Translations under genes and position numbers: made by a program
From: Antedon mediterranea
Taxonomy: Eukaryota; Animalia; Echinodermata
Length of the DNA: 64,000 nucleotides
Assembly: GCF_964355755.1 (NCBI RefSeq)
Contig: NC_092670.1
Span: 27,888,388-27,952,387 of the forward strand
Reading direction: 5' to 3'
Part shown: positions 50,570 through 63,000 of the stretch, piece by piece
Layout: each line of letters begins with the position of its first letter
How positions within the stretch are numbered: position 1 is the stretch's first letter
Notes under the pieces: model-generated
The model's database searches: none
Told to the model about the DNA's origin: nothing
The model's input: the letters and a program-made list of their open reading frames with translations, nothing else

Positions 50570-53500
50570 GTACACTTTGCTGTTTTGTGTGAATAATTTT
50601 TGTCGAAATGCTCAAAATGGTCAAAAACGTTTTTAAATACGATATTAAGCTATTTTGTGCTCTTTGATGTTTTTGTGTGAAAAGTTTTATCGAAATGCTC
50701 AAAATGGTCTAAAACGGTTTCTAATGTGATTTTAAGCACTTTGATGTTTTTATGTTAACAACTTTTTTAGAAAATCACAAAATGGTCTAAAACGTCTCCA
50801 AATGCGATTTGAAGCAATTCTAAGCACTTTGGTGTTTTTATGGTAACGAGTTTTTTTGAATATCACAAAATGGTCTAAAATGTCTCCAAATGCGATTTGA
50901 AGCTATTCTGTACACTTTGATGTTTTTTTGTTAACAAGTTTTTTCGAAAGTCACAAAATGGTCTAAAACGTCTCCAAATGCGATTTGAAACTATTCTAAG
51001 CACTTTGGTGTTTTTATGTTAACAAGTTTTTTCGAAAATCACAAAATGGGGTAAAACGTCTCCAAATGCGATTTGAAGCTATTCTAAGCACTTTGGTGTT
51101 TTTATGTTAACAAGTTTTTTCGAAAATCACAAAATGGTGTAAAACTTCTCCAAATACGATTTTAAGCTATTCTAAGCAATTTGGTGTTTTTATGTTAACA
51201 AGTTTTTTCGAAAATCACAAAATGGTCTAAAACGTCTCCAAATGCGATTTGAAGCTATTCTGTACACTTTGCTGTTTTGTGTGAATAATTTTTGTTGAAA
51301 TGCTCAAAATGGTCAAAAACGTTTTTAAATACTATATTAAGCTATTTTGTGCTCTTTGATGTTTTTGTGTGAAAAGTTTTATCGAAATGCTCAAAATGGT
51401 CTAAAACGGTTTCTAATGTGATTTTAAGCACTTTGATGTTTTTATGTTAACAACTTTTTTAGAAAATTACAAAATGGTGTAAAACGTCTCCAAATGCGAT
51501 TTGAAGCTATTCTAAGCACTTTGGTGTTTTTATGGTAACGAGTTTTTTTGAATATCACAAAATGGTCTAAAATGTCTCCAAATGCGATTTGAAGCTTTTC
51601 TAAGCACTTTGGTGTTTTTATGTTAACAAGTTTTTTCGAAAATCACAAAATGGTCTAAAACGTCTCCAAATGTGATTTGAAGCTATTCTAAACACTTTGG
51701 TGTTTTTATGTTAACAAGTTTTTTCGAAAATCACAAATTGGTCTAAAACGTCTCCAAATGCGATTTGAAGCTAGTTTAAGCACTTTGGTGTTTTTGTGTA
51801 ACCAAGTTTTTTCGAAAATCACAAAAGGGTCTAAAATGTCTCAAAATGCGATTTGAAGCTATTCTGTACACTTTGATGTTTTTTTTGTTAACAAGTTTTT
51901 TCGAAAGTCACAAAATGGTCTAAAACGTCTCCAAATGCGATTTGAAGCTATTCTAAGCACTTTGGTGTTTTTATGTTAACAAGTTTTTTCGAAAATCACA
52001 AAATGGTGTAAAACGTCTCCAAATGCGATTTGAAGCTATTCTAAGCAATTTGGTGTTTTTATGTTAACAAGTTTTTTCGAAAATCACAAAATGGTGTAAA
52101 ACGTCTCCAAATGCGATTTTAAGCTATTCTAAGCAATTTGGTGTTTTTTTATGTTAACAAGTTTTTTCGAAAATCACAAAATGGTCTAAAACGTCTCCAA
52201 ATGCGATTTGAAGCTATTCTGTACACTTTGCTGTTTTGTGAGAATAATTTTTGTCGAAATGCTCAAAATGGTCAAAAACGTTTTTAAATACGATATTAAG
52301 CTATTTTGTGCTCTTTGATGTTTTTGTGTGAAAAGTTTTATCGAAATGCTCAAAATGGTCTAAAACGGTTTCTAATGTGATTTTAAGCACTTTGGTGTTT
52401 TTATGTTAACAAGTTTTTTCGAAAATCACAAAATGGTCTAAAACGTCTCCAAATGTGATTTGAAGCTATTCAAAACACTTTGGTGTTTTTATGTTAACAA
52501 GTTTTTTCGAAAATCACAAATTGGTCTAAAACGTCTCCAAATGCGATTTGAAGTTATTTTAAGCACTTTGGTGTTTTTGTGTAACCAAGTTTTTTCGAAA
52601 ATCACAAAAGGGTCTAAAATGTCTCAAAATGCGATTTGAAGCTATTCTGTACACTTTGATGTTTTTTTGTTAACAAGTTTTTTCGAAAGTCACAAAATGG
52701 TCTAAAACGTCTCCAAATGCGATTTGAAGCTATTCTAAGCACTTTGCTGTATTGTGTGAATAATTTTTGTCGAAATGCTCAAAATGGTCAAAAACGTTTT
52801 TAAATACGATATTAAGCTATTTTGTGCTCTTTGATGTTTTTGTGTGAAAAGTTTTATCGAAATGCTCAAAATGGTCTAAAACGGTTTCTAATGTGATTTT
52901 AAGCACTTTGATGTTTTTATGTTAACAACTTTTTTAGAAAATCACAAAATGGTCTAAAACGTCTCCAAATGCGATTTGAAGCAATTCTAAGCACTTTGGT
53001 GTTTTTATGGTAACGAGTTTTTTTGAATATCACAAAATGGTCTAAAATGTCTCCAAATGCGATTTGAAGCTTTTCTAAGCACTTTGGTGTTTTTATGTTA
53101 ACAAGTTTTTTCGAAAATCACAAAATGGTCTAAAACGTCTCCAAATGCGATTTGAAGCTATTCTGTACACTTTGCTGTTTTGTGTGAATAATTTTTGTCG
53201 AAATGCTCAAAATGGTCAAAAACGTTTTTAAATACGATATTAAGCTATTTTGTGCTCTTTTATGTTTTTGTGTGAAAAGTTTTATCGAAATGCTCAAAAT
53301 GGTCTAAAACGGTTTCTAATGTGATTTTAAGCACTTTGATGTTTTTATGTTAACAACTTTTTTAGAAAATCACAAAATGGTCTAAAACGTCTCCAAATGC
53401 GATTTGAAGCAATTCTAAGCACTTTGGTGTTTTTATGGTAACGAGTTTTTTTGAATATCACAAAATGGTCTAAAATGTCTCCAAATGCGATTTGAAGCTT

Positions 53501-54980
53501 TTCTAAGCACTTTGGTGTTTTTATGTTAACAAGTTTTTTCGAAAATCACAAAATGGTCTAAAACGTCTCCAAATGCGATTTGAAGCTATTCTGTACACTT
53601 TGCTGTTTTGTGTGAATAATTTTTGTCGAAATGCTCAAAATGGTCAAAAACGTTTTTAAATACGATATTAAGCTATTTTGTGCTCTTTTATGTTTTTGTG
53701 TGAAAAGTTTTATCGAAATGCTCAAAATGGTCTAAAACGGTTTCTAATGTGATTTTAAGCACTTTGATGTTTTTATGTTAACAACTTTTTTAGAAAATCA
53801 CAAAATGGTCTAAAACGTCTCCAAATGCGATTTGAAGCAATTCTAAGCACTTTGGTGTTTTTATGGTAACGAGTTTTTTTGAATATCACAAAATGGTCTA
53901 AAATGTCTCCAAATGCGATTTGAAGCTTTTCTAAGCACTTTGGTGTTTTTATGGTAACGAGTTATTTCGAAAATCACAAAATGGTCTAAAACGTCTCCAA
54001 ATGCGATTTGAAGCTATTCTGTACACTTTGCTGTTTTGTGTGAATAATTTTTGTCAAAATGCTCAAAATGGTCAAAAACGTTTTTAAATACTATATTAAG
54101 CTATTTTGTGCTCTTTGATGTTTTTGTGTGAAAAGTTTTATCGAAATGCTCAAAATGGTCTAAAACGGTTTCTAATGTGATTTTAAGCACTTTGATGTTT
54201 TTATGTTAACAACTTTTTTAGAAAATTACAAAATGGTGTAAAACGTCTCCAAATGCGATTTGAAGCTATTCTAAGCAATTTGGTGTTTTTATGTTAACAA
54301 GTTTTTTCGAAAATCACAAAATGGTCTAAAACGTCTCCAAATGCGATTTGAAGCTATTCTAAGCACTTTTGTGTTTTTATGTTAACAAGTTTTTTCGAAA
54401 ATCACAAAATGGTCTAAAATGTCTCCAAATGCGATTTGAAGCTTTTCTAAGCACTTTTGTGTTTTTATGTTTACAAGTTTTTTCGAAAATCACAAAATGG
54501 TCTAAAACGTCTCCAAATGCGATTTGAAGCTATTCTGTACACTTTGCTGTTTTGTGTGAATAATTTTTGTCAAAATGCTCAAAATGGTCAAAAACGTTTT
54601 TAAATACTATATTAAGCTATTTTGTGTTCTTTGATGTTTTTATGTGAAAAGTTTTATCGAAATGCTCAAAATGGTCTAAAACGGTTTCTAATGTGATTTT
54701 AAGAACTTTGATGTTTTTATGTTAAAAACTTTTTTAGAAAATCACAAAATGGTCTAAAACGTCTCCAAATGCGATTTGAAGCAATTCTAAGCACTTTGGT
54801 GTTTTTATGTTAACACGTTTTTTCGAAAATCACAAAATGGTCTAAAACGTCTCCAAATGCGATTTGAAGCTATTCTAAGCACTTTTGTGTTTTTATGTTA
54901 ACAAGTTTTTTCGAAAATCACAAAATGGTCTAAAATGTCTCCAAATGCGATTTTAAGGTATTCTAAGCACTTTGGTGTTT
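50570..54980 (+). repeat. Block Z copy with an extra internal 428-bp unit
   Basis: B starts 50570, 51262, 52221, 52737, 53165, 53593, 54021, 54537. Offset 9945 from the 40625 copy. Confidence 0.85.
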
Positions 54981-57900
54981 TTATGTTAACAAGTTTTTTT
55001 GAAAATCACAAAATGGTCTAAAACGTCTACAAATGCGATTTGAAGCTATTCTAAGCACTTTGGTGTTTTTATGTTAACAAGTTTTTTCGAAAATCACAAA
55101 ATGGTATAAAACGTCTCCAAATGCGATTTGAAGATTTTCTAAGCACTTTGGTGTTTTTATGTTTACAAGTTTTTTCGAAAATCACAAAATGGTCTAAAAC
55201 GTCTCCAAATGCGATTTGAAGCTATTCTGTACACTTTGCTGTTTTGTGTGAATAATTTTGTCAAAATGCTCAAAATGGTCAAAAACGTTTTTAAATACTA
55301 TATTAAGCTATTTTGTGTTCTTTGATGTTTTTGTGTGAAAAGTTTTATCGAAATGCTCAAAATGGTCTAAAACGGTTTCTAATGAAATGATTTTAAGAAC
55401 TTTGATGTTTTTATGTTAACAACTTTTTTAGAAAATCACAAAATGGTCTAAAACGTCTCCAAATGCGATTTGAAGCAATTCTAAGCACTTTGGTGTTTTT
55501 ATGTTAACAAGTTTTTTCGAAAATCACAAAATGGTATAAAACCTCTCCAAATACGATTTTAAGGTATTCTAAGCACTTTGGTGTTTTTATGTTAACAAGT
55601 TTGTTCGAAAATCACAAAATGGTCTAAAACGTCTACAAATGCGATTTGAAGCTATTCTAAGCACTTTGGTGTTTTTATGTTAACAAGTTTTTTCGAAAAT
55701 CACAAAATGGTATAAAACGTCTCCAAATGAGATTTTAAGGTATTCTAAGCACTTTGGTGTTTTTATGTTAACAAGTTTTTTCGAAAATCACAAAATGGTC
55801 TAAAACGTCTACAAATGCGATTTGAAGCTATTCTAAGCACTTTGGTGTTTTTATGTTAACAAGTTTTTTCGAAAATCACAAAATGGTATAAAACGTCTCC
55901 AAATGCGATTTTAAGCTATTCTAAGCAATTTGGTGTTTTTATGTTAACAAGTTTTTTCGAAAATCACAAAATGGTCGAAAATGTCACAAAATGCGATTTG
56001 AAGCTATTCTAAGCACTTTGGTGTTATTATGTTAACAAGTTTTTTCGAAAATCACAAATTGGTCTAAAACGTCTCCAAATGCGATTTGAAGCTATTTTAA
56101 GCACTTTGGTGTTTTTGTGTAACCAAGTTTTTTCGAAAATCACAAAAGGGTCTAAAATGTCTCAAAATGCGATTTGAAGCTATTCTGTACACTTTGATGT
56201 TTTTTTGTTAACAAGTTTTTTCGAAAGTCTCAAAATGGTCTAAAAAGTCTCCAAATGCGATTTGAAGCTATTCTAAGCACTTTGGTGTTTTTATGTTAAC
56301 AAGTTTTATCGAAAATCACAAAATGGTGTAAAACGTCTCCAAATGCGATTTGAAGCTATTCTAAGCACTTTGGTGTTTTTATGTTAACAAGTTTTTTCGA
56401 AAATCACAAAATGGTGTAAAACGTCTCCAAATGCGATTTTAAGCTATTCTAAGCAATTTGGTGTTTTTATGTTAACAAGTTTTTTCGAAAATCACAAAAT
56501 GGTCTAAAACGTCTCCAAATGCGATTTGAAGCTATTCTGTACACTTTGCTGTTTTGTGAGAATAATTTTTGTCGAAATGCTCAAAATGGTCAAAAACGTT
56601 TTTAAATACGATATTAAGCTATTTTGTGCTCTTTGATGTTTTTGTGTGAAAAGTTTTATCGAAATGCTCAAAATGGTCTAAAACGGTTTCTAATGTGATT
56701 TTAAGCACTTTGATGTTTTTATGTTAACAACTTTTTTAGAAAATTACAAAATGGTGTAAAACGTCTCCAAATGCGATTTGAAGCTATTCTAAGCAATTTC
56801 GTGTTTTTATGTTAACAAGTTTTTTCGAAAATCACAAAATGGTCTAAAACGTCTCCAAATGCGATTTGAAGCTATTCTAAGCACTTTTGTGTTTTTATGT
56901 TAACAAGTTTTTTCGAAAATCACAAAATGGTCTAAAATGTCTCCAAATGCGATTTTAAGGTATTCTAAGCACTTTGGTGTTTTTATGTTAACAAGTTTTT
57001 TCGAAAATCACAAAATGGTCTAAAACGTCTCCAAATGCGATTTGAAGCTATTCTAAGCACTTTGGTGTTTTTATGTTAACAAGTTTTTTCGAAAATCACA
57101 AAATGGTGTAAAACTTCTCCAAATACGATTTTAAGCTATTCTAAGCAATTTGGTGTTTTTATGTTAACAAGTTTTTTCGAAAATCACAAAATGGTATAAA
57201 ACGTCTCCAAATACGATTTGAAGCAATTCTAAGCACTTTGGTGTTTTTATGTTAACAAGTTTTTTCGAAAATTACAAAATGGTATAAAACGTCTCCAAAT
57301 GCGATTTGAAGATTTTCTAAGCACTTTGGTGTTTTTATGTTTACAAGTTTTTTCGAAAATCACAAAATGGTCTAAAACGTCTCCAAATGCGATTTGAAGC
57401 TATTCTGTACACTTTGCTGTTTTGTGTGAATAATTTTGTCAAAATGCTCAAAATGGTCAAAAACGTTTTTAAATACTATATTAAGCTATTTTGTGTTCTT
57501 TGATGTTTTTGTGTGAAAAGTTTTATCGAAATGCTCAAAATGGTCTAAAACGGTTTCTAATGAAATGATTTTAAGAACTTTGATGTTTTTATGTTAAGAA
57601 CTTTTTTAGAAAATCACAAAATGGTCTAAAACGTCTACAAATGCGATTTGAAGCTATTCTAAGCACTTTGGTGTTTTTATGTTAACAAGTCTTTTCGAAA
57701 ATCACAAAATGGTATAAAACGTCTCCAAATGAGATTTTAAGGTATTCTAAGCACTTTGGTGTTTTTATGTTAACAAGTTTTTTCGAAAATCACAAAATGG
57801 TCTAAAACGTCTACAAATGCGATTTGAAGCTATTCTAAGCACTTTGGTGTTTTTATGTTAACAAGTTTTTTCGAAAATCACAAAATGGTCTAAAACGTCT

Positions 57901-60002
57901 CCAAATGCGATTTGAAGCTATTCTGTACACTTTGCTGTTTTGTGTGAATAATTTTTGTCGAAATGCTCAAAATGGTCAAAAACGTTTTTAAATACAATAT
58001 TAAGCTATTTTGTGCTCTTTGATGTTTTTGTGTGAAAAGTTTTATCGAAATGCTCAAAATGGTCTAAAACGGTTTCTAATGTGATTTTAAGCACTTTGAT
58101 GTTTTTATGTTAACAACTTTTTTAGAAAATCACAAAATGGTCTAAAACGTCTCCAAATGCGATTTGAAGCAATTCTAAGCACTTTGGTGTTTTTATGGTA
58201 ACGAGTTTTTTTGAATATCACAAAATGGTCTAAAATGTCTCCAAATGCGATTTGAAGCTATTCTGTACACTTTGATGTTTTTTTGTTAACAAGTTTTTTC
58301 GAAAGTCACAAAATGGTCTAAAACGTCTCCAAATGCGATTTGAAGCTATTCTAAGCACTTTGGTGTTTTTATGTTAACAAGTTTTTTCGAAAATCACAAA
58401 ATGGTGTAAAACGTCTCCAAATGCGATTTGAAGCTATTCTAAGCACTTTGGTGTTTTTATGTTAACAAGTTTTTTCGAAAATCACAAAATGGTGTAAAAC
58501 TTCTCCAAATACGATTTTAAGCTATTCTAAGCAATTTGGTGTTTTTATGTTAACAAGTTTTTTCGAAAATCACAAAATGGTCTAAAACGTCTCCAAATGC
58601 GATTTGAAGCTATTCTGTACACTTTGCTGTTTTGTGTGAATAATTTTTGTTGAAATGCTCAAAATGGTCAAAAACGTTTTTAAATACGATATTAAGCTAT
58701 TTTGTGCTCTTTGATGTTTTTGTGTGAAAAGTTTTATCGAAATGCTCAAAATGGTCTAAAACGGTTTCTAATGTGATTTTAAGCACTTTGATGTTTTTAT
58801 GTTAACAACTTTTTTAGAAAATTACAAAATTGTGTAAAACGTCTCCAAATGCGATTTGAAGCTATTCTAAGCAATTTCGTGTTTTTATGTTAACAAGTTT
58901 TTTCGAAAATCACAAAATGGTCTAAAACGTCTCCAAATGCGATTTGAAGCTATTCTAAGCACTTTTGTGTTTTTATGTTAACAAGTTTTTTCGAAAATCA
59001 CAAAATGGTCTAAAATGTCTCCAAATGCGATTTTAAGGTATTCTAAGCACTTTGGTGTTTTTATGTTAACAAGTTTTTTCGAAAATCACAAAATGGTCTA
59101 AAACGTCTACAAATGCGATTTGAAGCTATTCTAAGCACTTTGGTGTTTTTATGTTAACAAGTTTTTTCGAAAATTACAAAATGGTATAAAACGTCTCCAA
59201 ATGCGATTTGAAGATTTTCTAAGCACTTTGGTGTTTTTATGTTTACAAGTTTTTTCGAAAATCACAAAATGGTCTAAAACGTCTCCAAATGCGATTTGAA
59301 GCTATTCTGTACACTTTGCTGTTTTGTGTGAATAATTTTGTCAAAATGCTCAAAATGGTCAAAAACGTTTTTAAATACTATATTAAGCTATTTTGTGTTC
59401 TTTGATGTTTTTGTGTGAAAAGTTTTATCGAAATGCTCAAAATGGTCTAAAACGGTTTCTAATGAAATGATTATAAGAACTTTGATGTTTTTATGTTAAC
59501 AACTTTTTTAGAAAATCACAAAATGGTCTAAAACGTCTCCAAATGCGATTTGAAGCAATTCTAAGCACTTTGGTGTTTTTATGTTAACAAGTTTTTTCGA
59601 AAATCACAAAATGGTATAAAACCTCTCCAAATGCGATTTTAAGGTATTCTAAGCACTTTGGTGTTTTTATGTTAACAAGTTTTTTCGAAAATCACAAAAT
59701 GGTCTAAAACGTCTACAAATGCGATTTGAAGCTATTCTAAGCACTTTGGTGTTTTTATGTTAACAAGTTTTTTCGAAAATCACAAAATGGTATAAAACGT
59801 CTCCAAATGAGATTTTAAGGTATTCTAAGCACTTTGGTGTTTTTATGTTAACAAGTTTTTTCGAAAATCACAAAATGGTCTAAAACGTCTACAAATGCGA
59901 TTTGAAGCTATTCTAAGCACTTTGGTGTTTTTATGTAAACAAGTTTTTTCGAAAATCACAAAATGGTCTAAAACGTCTCCAAATGCGATTTGAAGCTATT
60001 CT

Positions 60003-63000
60003 GTACACTTTGCTGTTTTGTGTGAATAATTTTTGTCGAAATGCTCAAAATGGTCAAAAACGTTTTTAAATACGATATTAAGCTATTTTGTGCTCTTTGA
60101 TGTTTTTGTGTGAAAAGTTTTATCGAAATGCTCAAAATGGTCTAAAACGGTTTCTAATGTGATTTTAAGCACTTTGATGTTTTTATGTTAACAACTTTTT
60201 TAGAAAATCACAAAATGGTCTAAAACGTCTCCAAATGCGATTTGAAGCAATTCTAAGCACTTTGGTGTTTTTATGGTAACGAGTTTTTTTGAATATCACA
60301 AAATGGTCTAAAATGTCTCCAAATGCGATTTGAAGCTATTCTGTACACTTTGATGTTTTTTTGTTAACAAGTTTTTTCGAAAGTCACAAAATGGTCTAAA
60401 ACGTCTCCAAATGCGATTTGAAACTATTCTAAGCACTTTGGTGTTTTTATGTTAACAAGTTTTTTCGAAAATCACAAAATGGGGTAAAACGTCTCCAAAT
60501 GCGATTTGAAGCTATTCTAAGCACTTTGGTGTTTTTATGTTAACAAGTTTTTTCGAAAATCACAAAATGGTGTAAAACTTCTCCAAATACGATTTTAAGC
60601 TATTCTAAGCAATTTGGTGTTTTTATGTTAACAAGTTTTTTCGAAAATCACAAAATGGTCTAAAACGTCTCCAAATGCGATTTGAAGCTATTCTGTACAC
60701 TTTGCTGTTTTGTGTGAATAATTTTTGTTGAAATGCTCAAAATGGTCAAAAACGTTTTTAAATACTATATTAAGCTATTTTGTGCTCTTTGATGTTTTTG
60801 TGTGAAAAGTTTTATCGAAATGCTCAAAATGGTCTAAAACGGTTTCTAATGTGATTTTAAGCACTTTGATGTTTTTATGTTAACAACTTTTTTAGAAAAT
60901 TACAAAATGGTGTAAAACGTCTCCAAATGCGATTTGAAGCTATTCTAAGCACTTTGGTGTTTTTATGGTAACGAGTTTTTTTGAATATCACAAAATGGTC
61001 TAAAATGTCTCCAAATGCGATTTGAAGCTTTTCTAAGCACTTTGGTGTTTTTATGTTAACAAGTTTTTTCGAAAATCACAAAATGGTCTAAAACGTCTCC
61101 AAATGTGATTTGAAGCTATTCTAAACACTTTGGTGTTTTTATGTTAACAAGTTTTTTCGAAAATCACAAATTGGTCTAAAACGTCTCCAAATGCGATTTG
61201 AAGCTAGTTTAAGCACTTTGGTGTTTTTGTGTAACCAAGTTTTTTCGAAAATCACAAAAGGGTCTAAAATGTCTCAAAATGCGATTTGAAGCTATTCTGT
61301 ACACTTTGATGTTTTTTTTGTTAACAAGTTTTTTCGAAAGTCACAAAATGGTCTAAAACGTCTCCAAATGCGATTTGAAGCTATTCTAAGCACTTTGGTG
61401 TTTTTATGTTAACAAGTTTTTTCGAAAATCACAAAATGGTGTAAAACGTCTCCAAATGCGATTTGAAGCTATTCTAAGCAATTTGGTGTTTTTATGTTAA
61501 CAAGTTTTTTCGAAAATCACAAAATGGTGTAAAACGTCTCCAAATGCGATTTTAAGCTATTCTAAGCAATTTGGTGTTTTTTTATGTTAACAAGTTTTTT
61601 CGAAAATCACAAAATGGTCTAAAACGTCTCCAAATGCGATTTGAAGCTATTCTGTACACTTTGCTGTTTTGTGAGAATAATTTTTGTCGAAATGCTCAAA
61701 ATGGTCAAAAACGTTTTTAAATACGATATTAAGCTATTTTGTGCTCTTTGATGTTTTTGTGTGAAAAGTTTTATCGAAATGCTCAAAATGGTCTAAAACG
61801 GTTTCTAATGTGATTTTAAGCACTTTGGTGTTTTTATGTTAACAAGTTTTTTCGAAAATCACAAAATGGTCTAAAACGTCTCCAAATGTGATTTGAAGCT
61901 ATTCAAAACACTTTGGTGTTTTTATGTTAACAAGTTTTTTCGAAAATCACAAATTGGTCTAAAACGTCTCCAAATGCGATTTGAAGTTATTTTAAGCACT
62001 TTGGTGTTTTTGTGTAACCAAGTTTTTTCGAAAATCACAAAAGGGTCTAAAATGTCTCAAAATGCGATTTGAAGCTATTCTGTACACTTTGATGTTTTTT
62101 TGTTAACAAGTTTTTTCGAAAGTCACAAAATGGTCTAAAACGTCTCCAAATGCGATTTGAAGCTATTCTAAGCACTTTGCTGTATTGTGTGAATAATTTT
62201 TGTCGAAATGCTCAAAATGGTCAAAAACGTTTTTAAATACGATATTAAGCTATTTTGTGCTCTTTGATGTTTTTGTGTGAAAAGTTTTATCGAAATGCTC
62301 AAAATGGTCTAAAACGGTTTCTAATGTGATTTTAAGCACTTTGATGTTTTTATGTTAACAACTTTTTTAGAAAATCACAAAATGGTCTAAAACGTCTCCA
62401 AATGCGATTTGAAGCAATTCTAAGCACTTTGGTGTTTTTATGGTAACGAGTTTTTTTGAATATCACAAAATGGTCTAAAATGTCTCCAAATGCGATTTGA
62501 AGCTTTTCTAAGCACTTTGGTGTTTTTATGTTAACAAGTTTTTTCGAAAATCACAAAATGGTCTAAAACGTCTCCAAATGCGATTTGAAGCTATTCTGTA
62601 CACTTTGCTGTTTTGTGTGAATAATTTTTGTCGAAATGCTCAAAATGGTCAAAAACGTTTTTAAATACGATATTAAGCTATTTTGTGCTCTTTTATGTTT
62701 TTGTGTGAAAAGTTTTATCGAAATGCTCAAAATGGTCTAAAACGGTTTCTAATGTGATTTTAAGCACTTTGATGTTTTTATGTTAACAACTTTTTTAGAA
62801 AATCACAAAATGGTCTAAAACGTCTCCAAATGCGATTTGAAGCAATTCTAAGCACTTTGGTGTTTTTATGGTAACGAGTTTTTTTGAATATCACAAAATG
62901 GTCTAAAATGTCTCCAAATGCGATTTGAAGCTTTTCTAAGCACTTTGGTGTTTTTATGGTAACGAGTTATTTCGAAAATCACAAAATGGTCTAAAACGTC

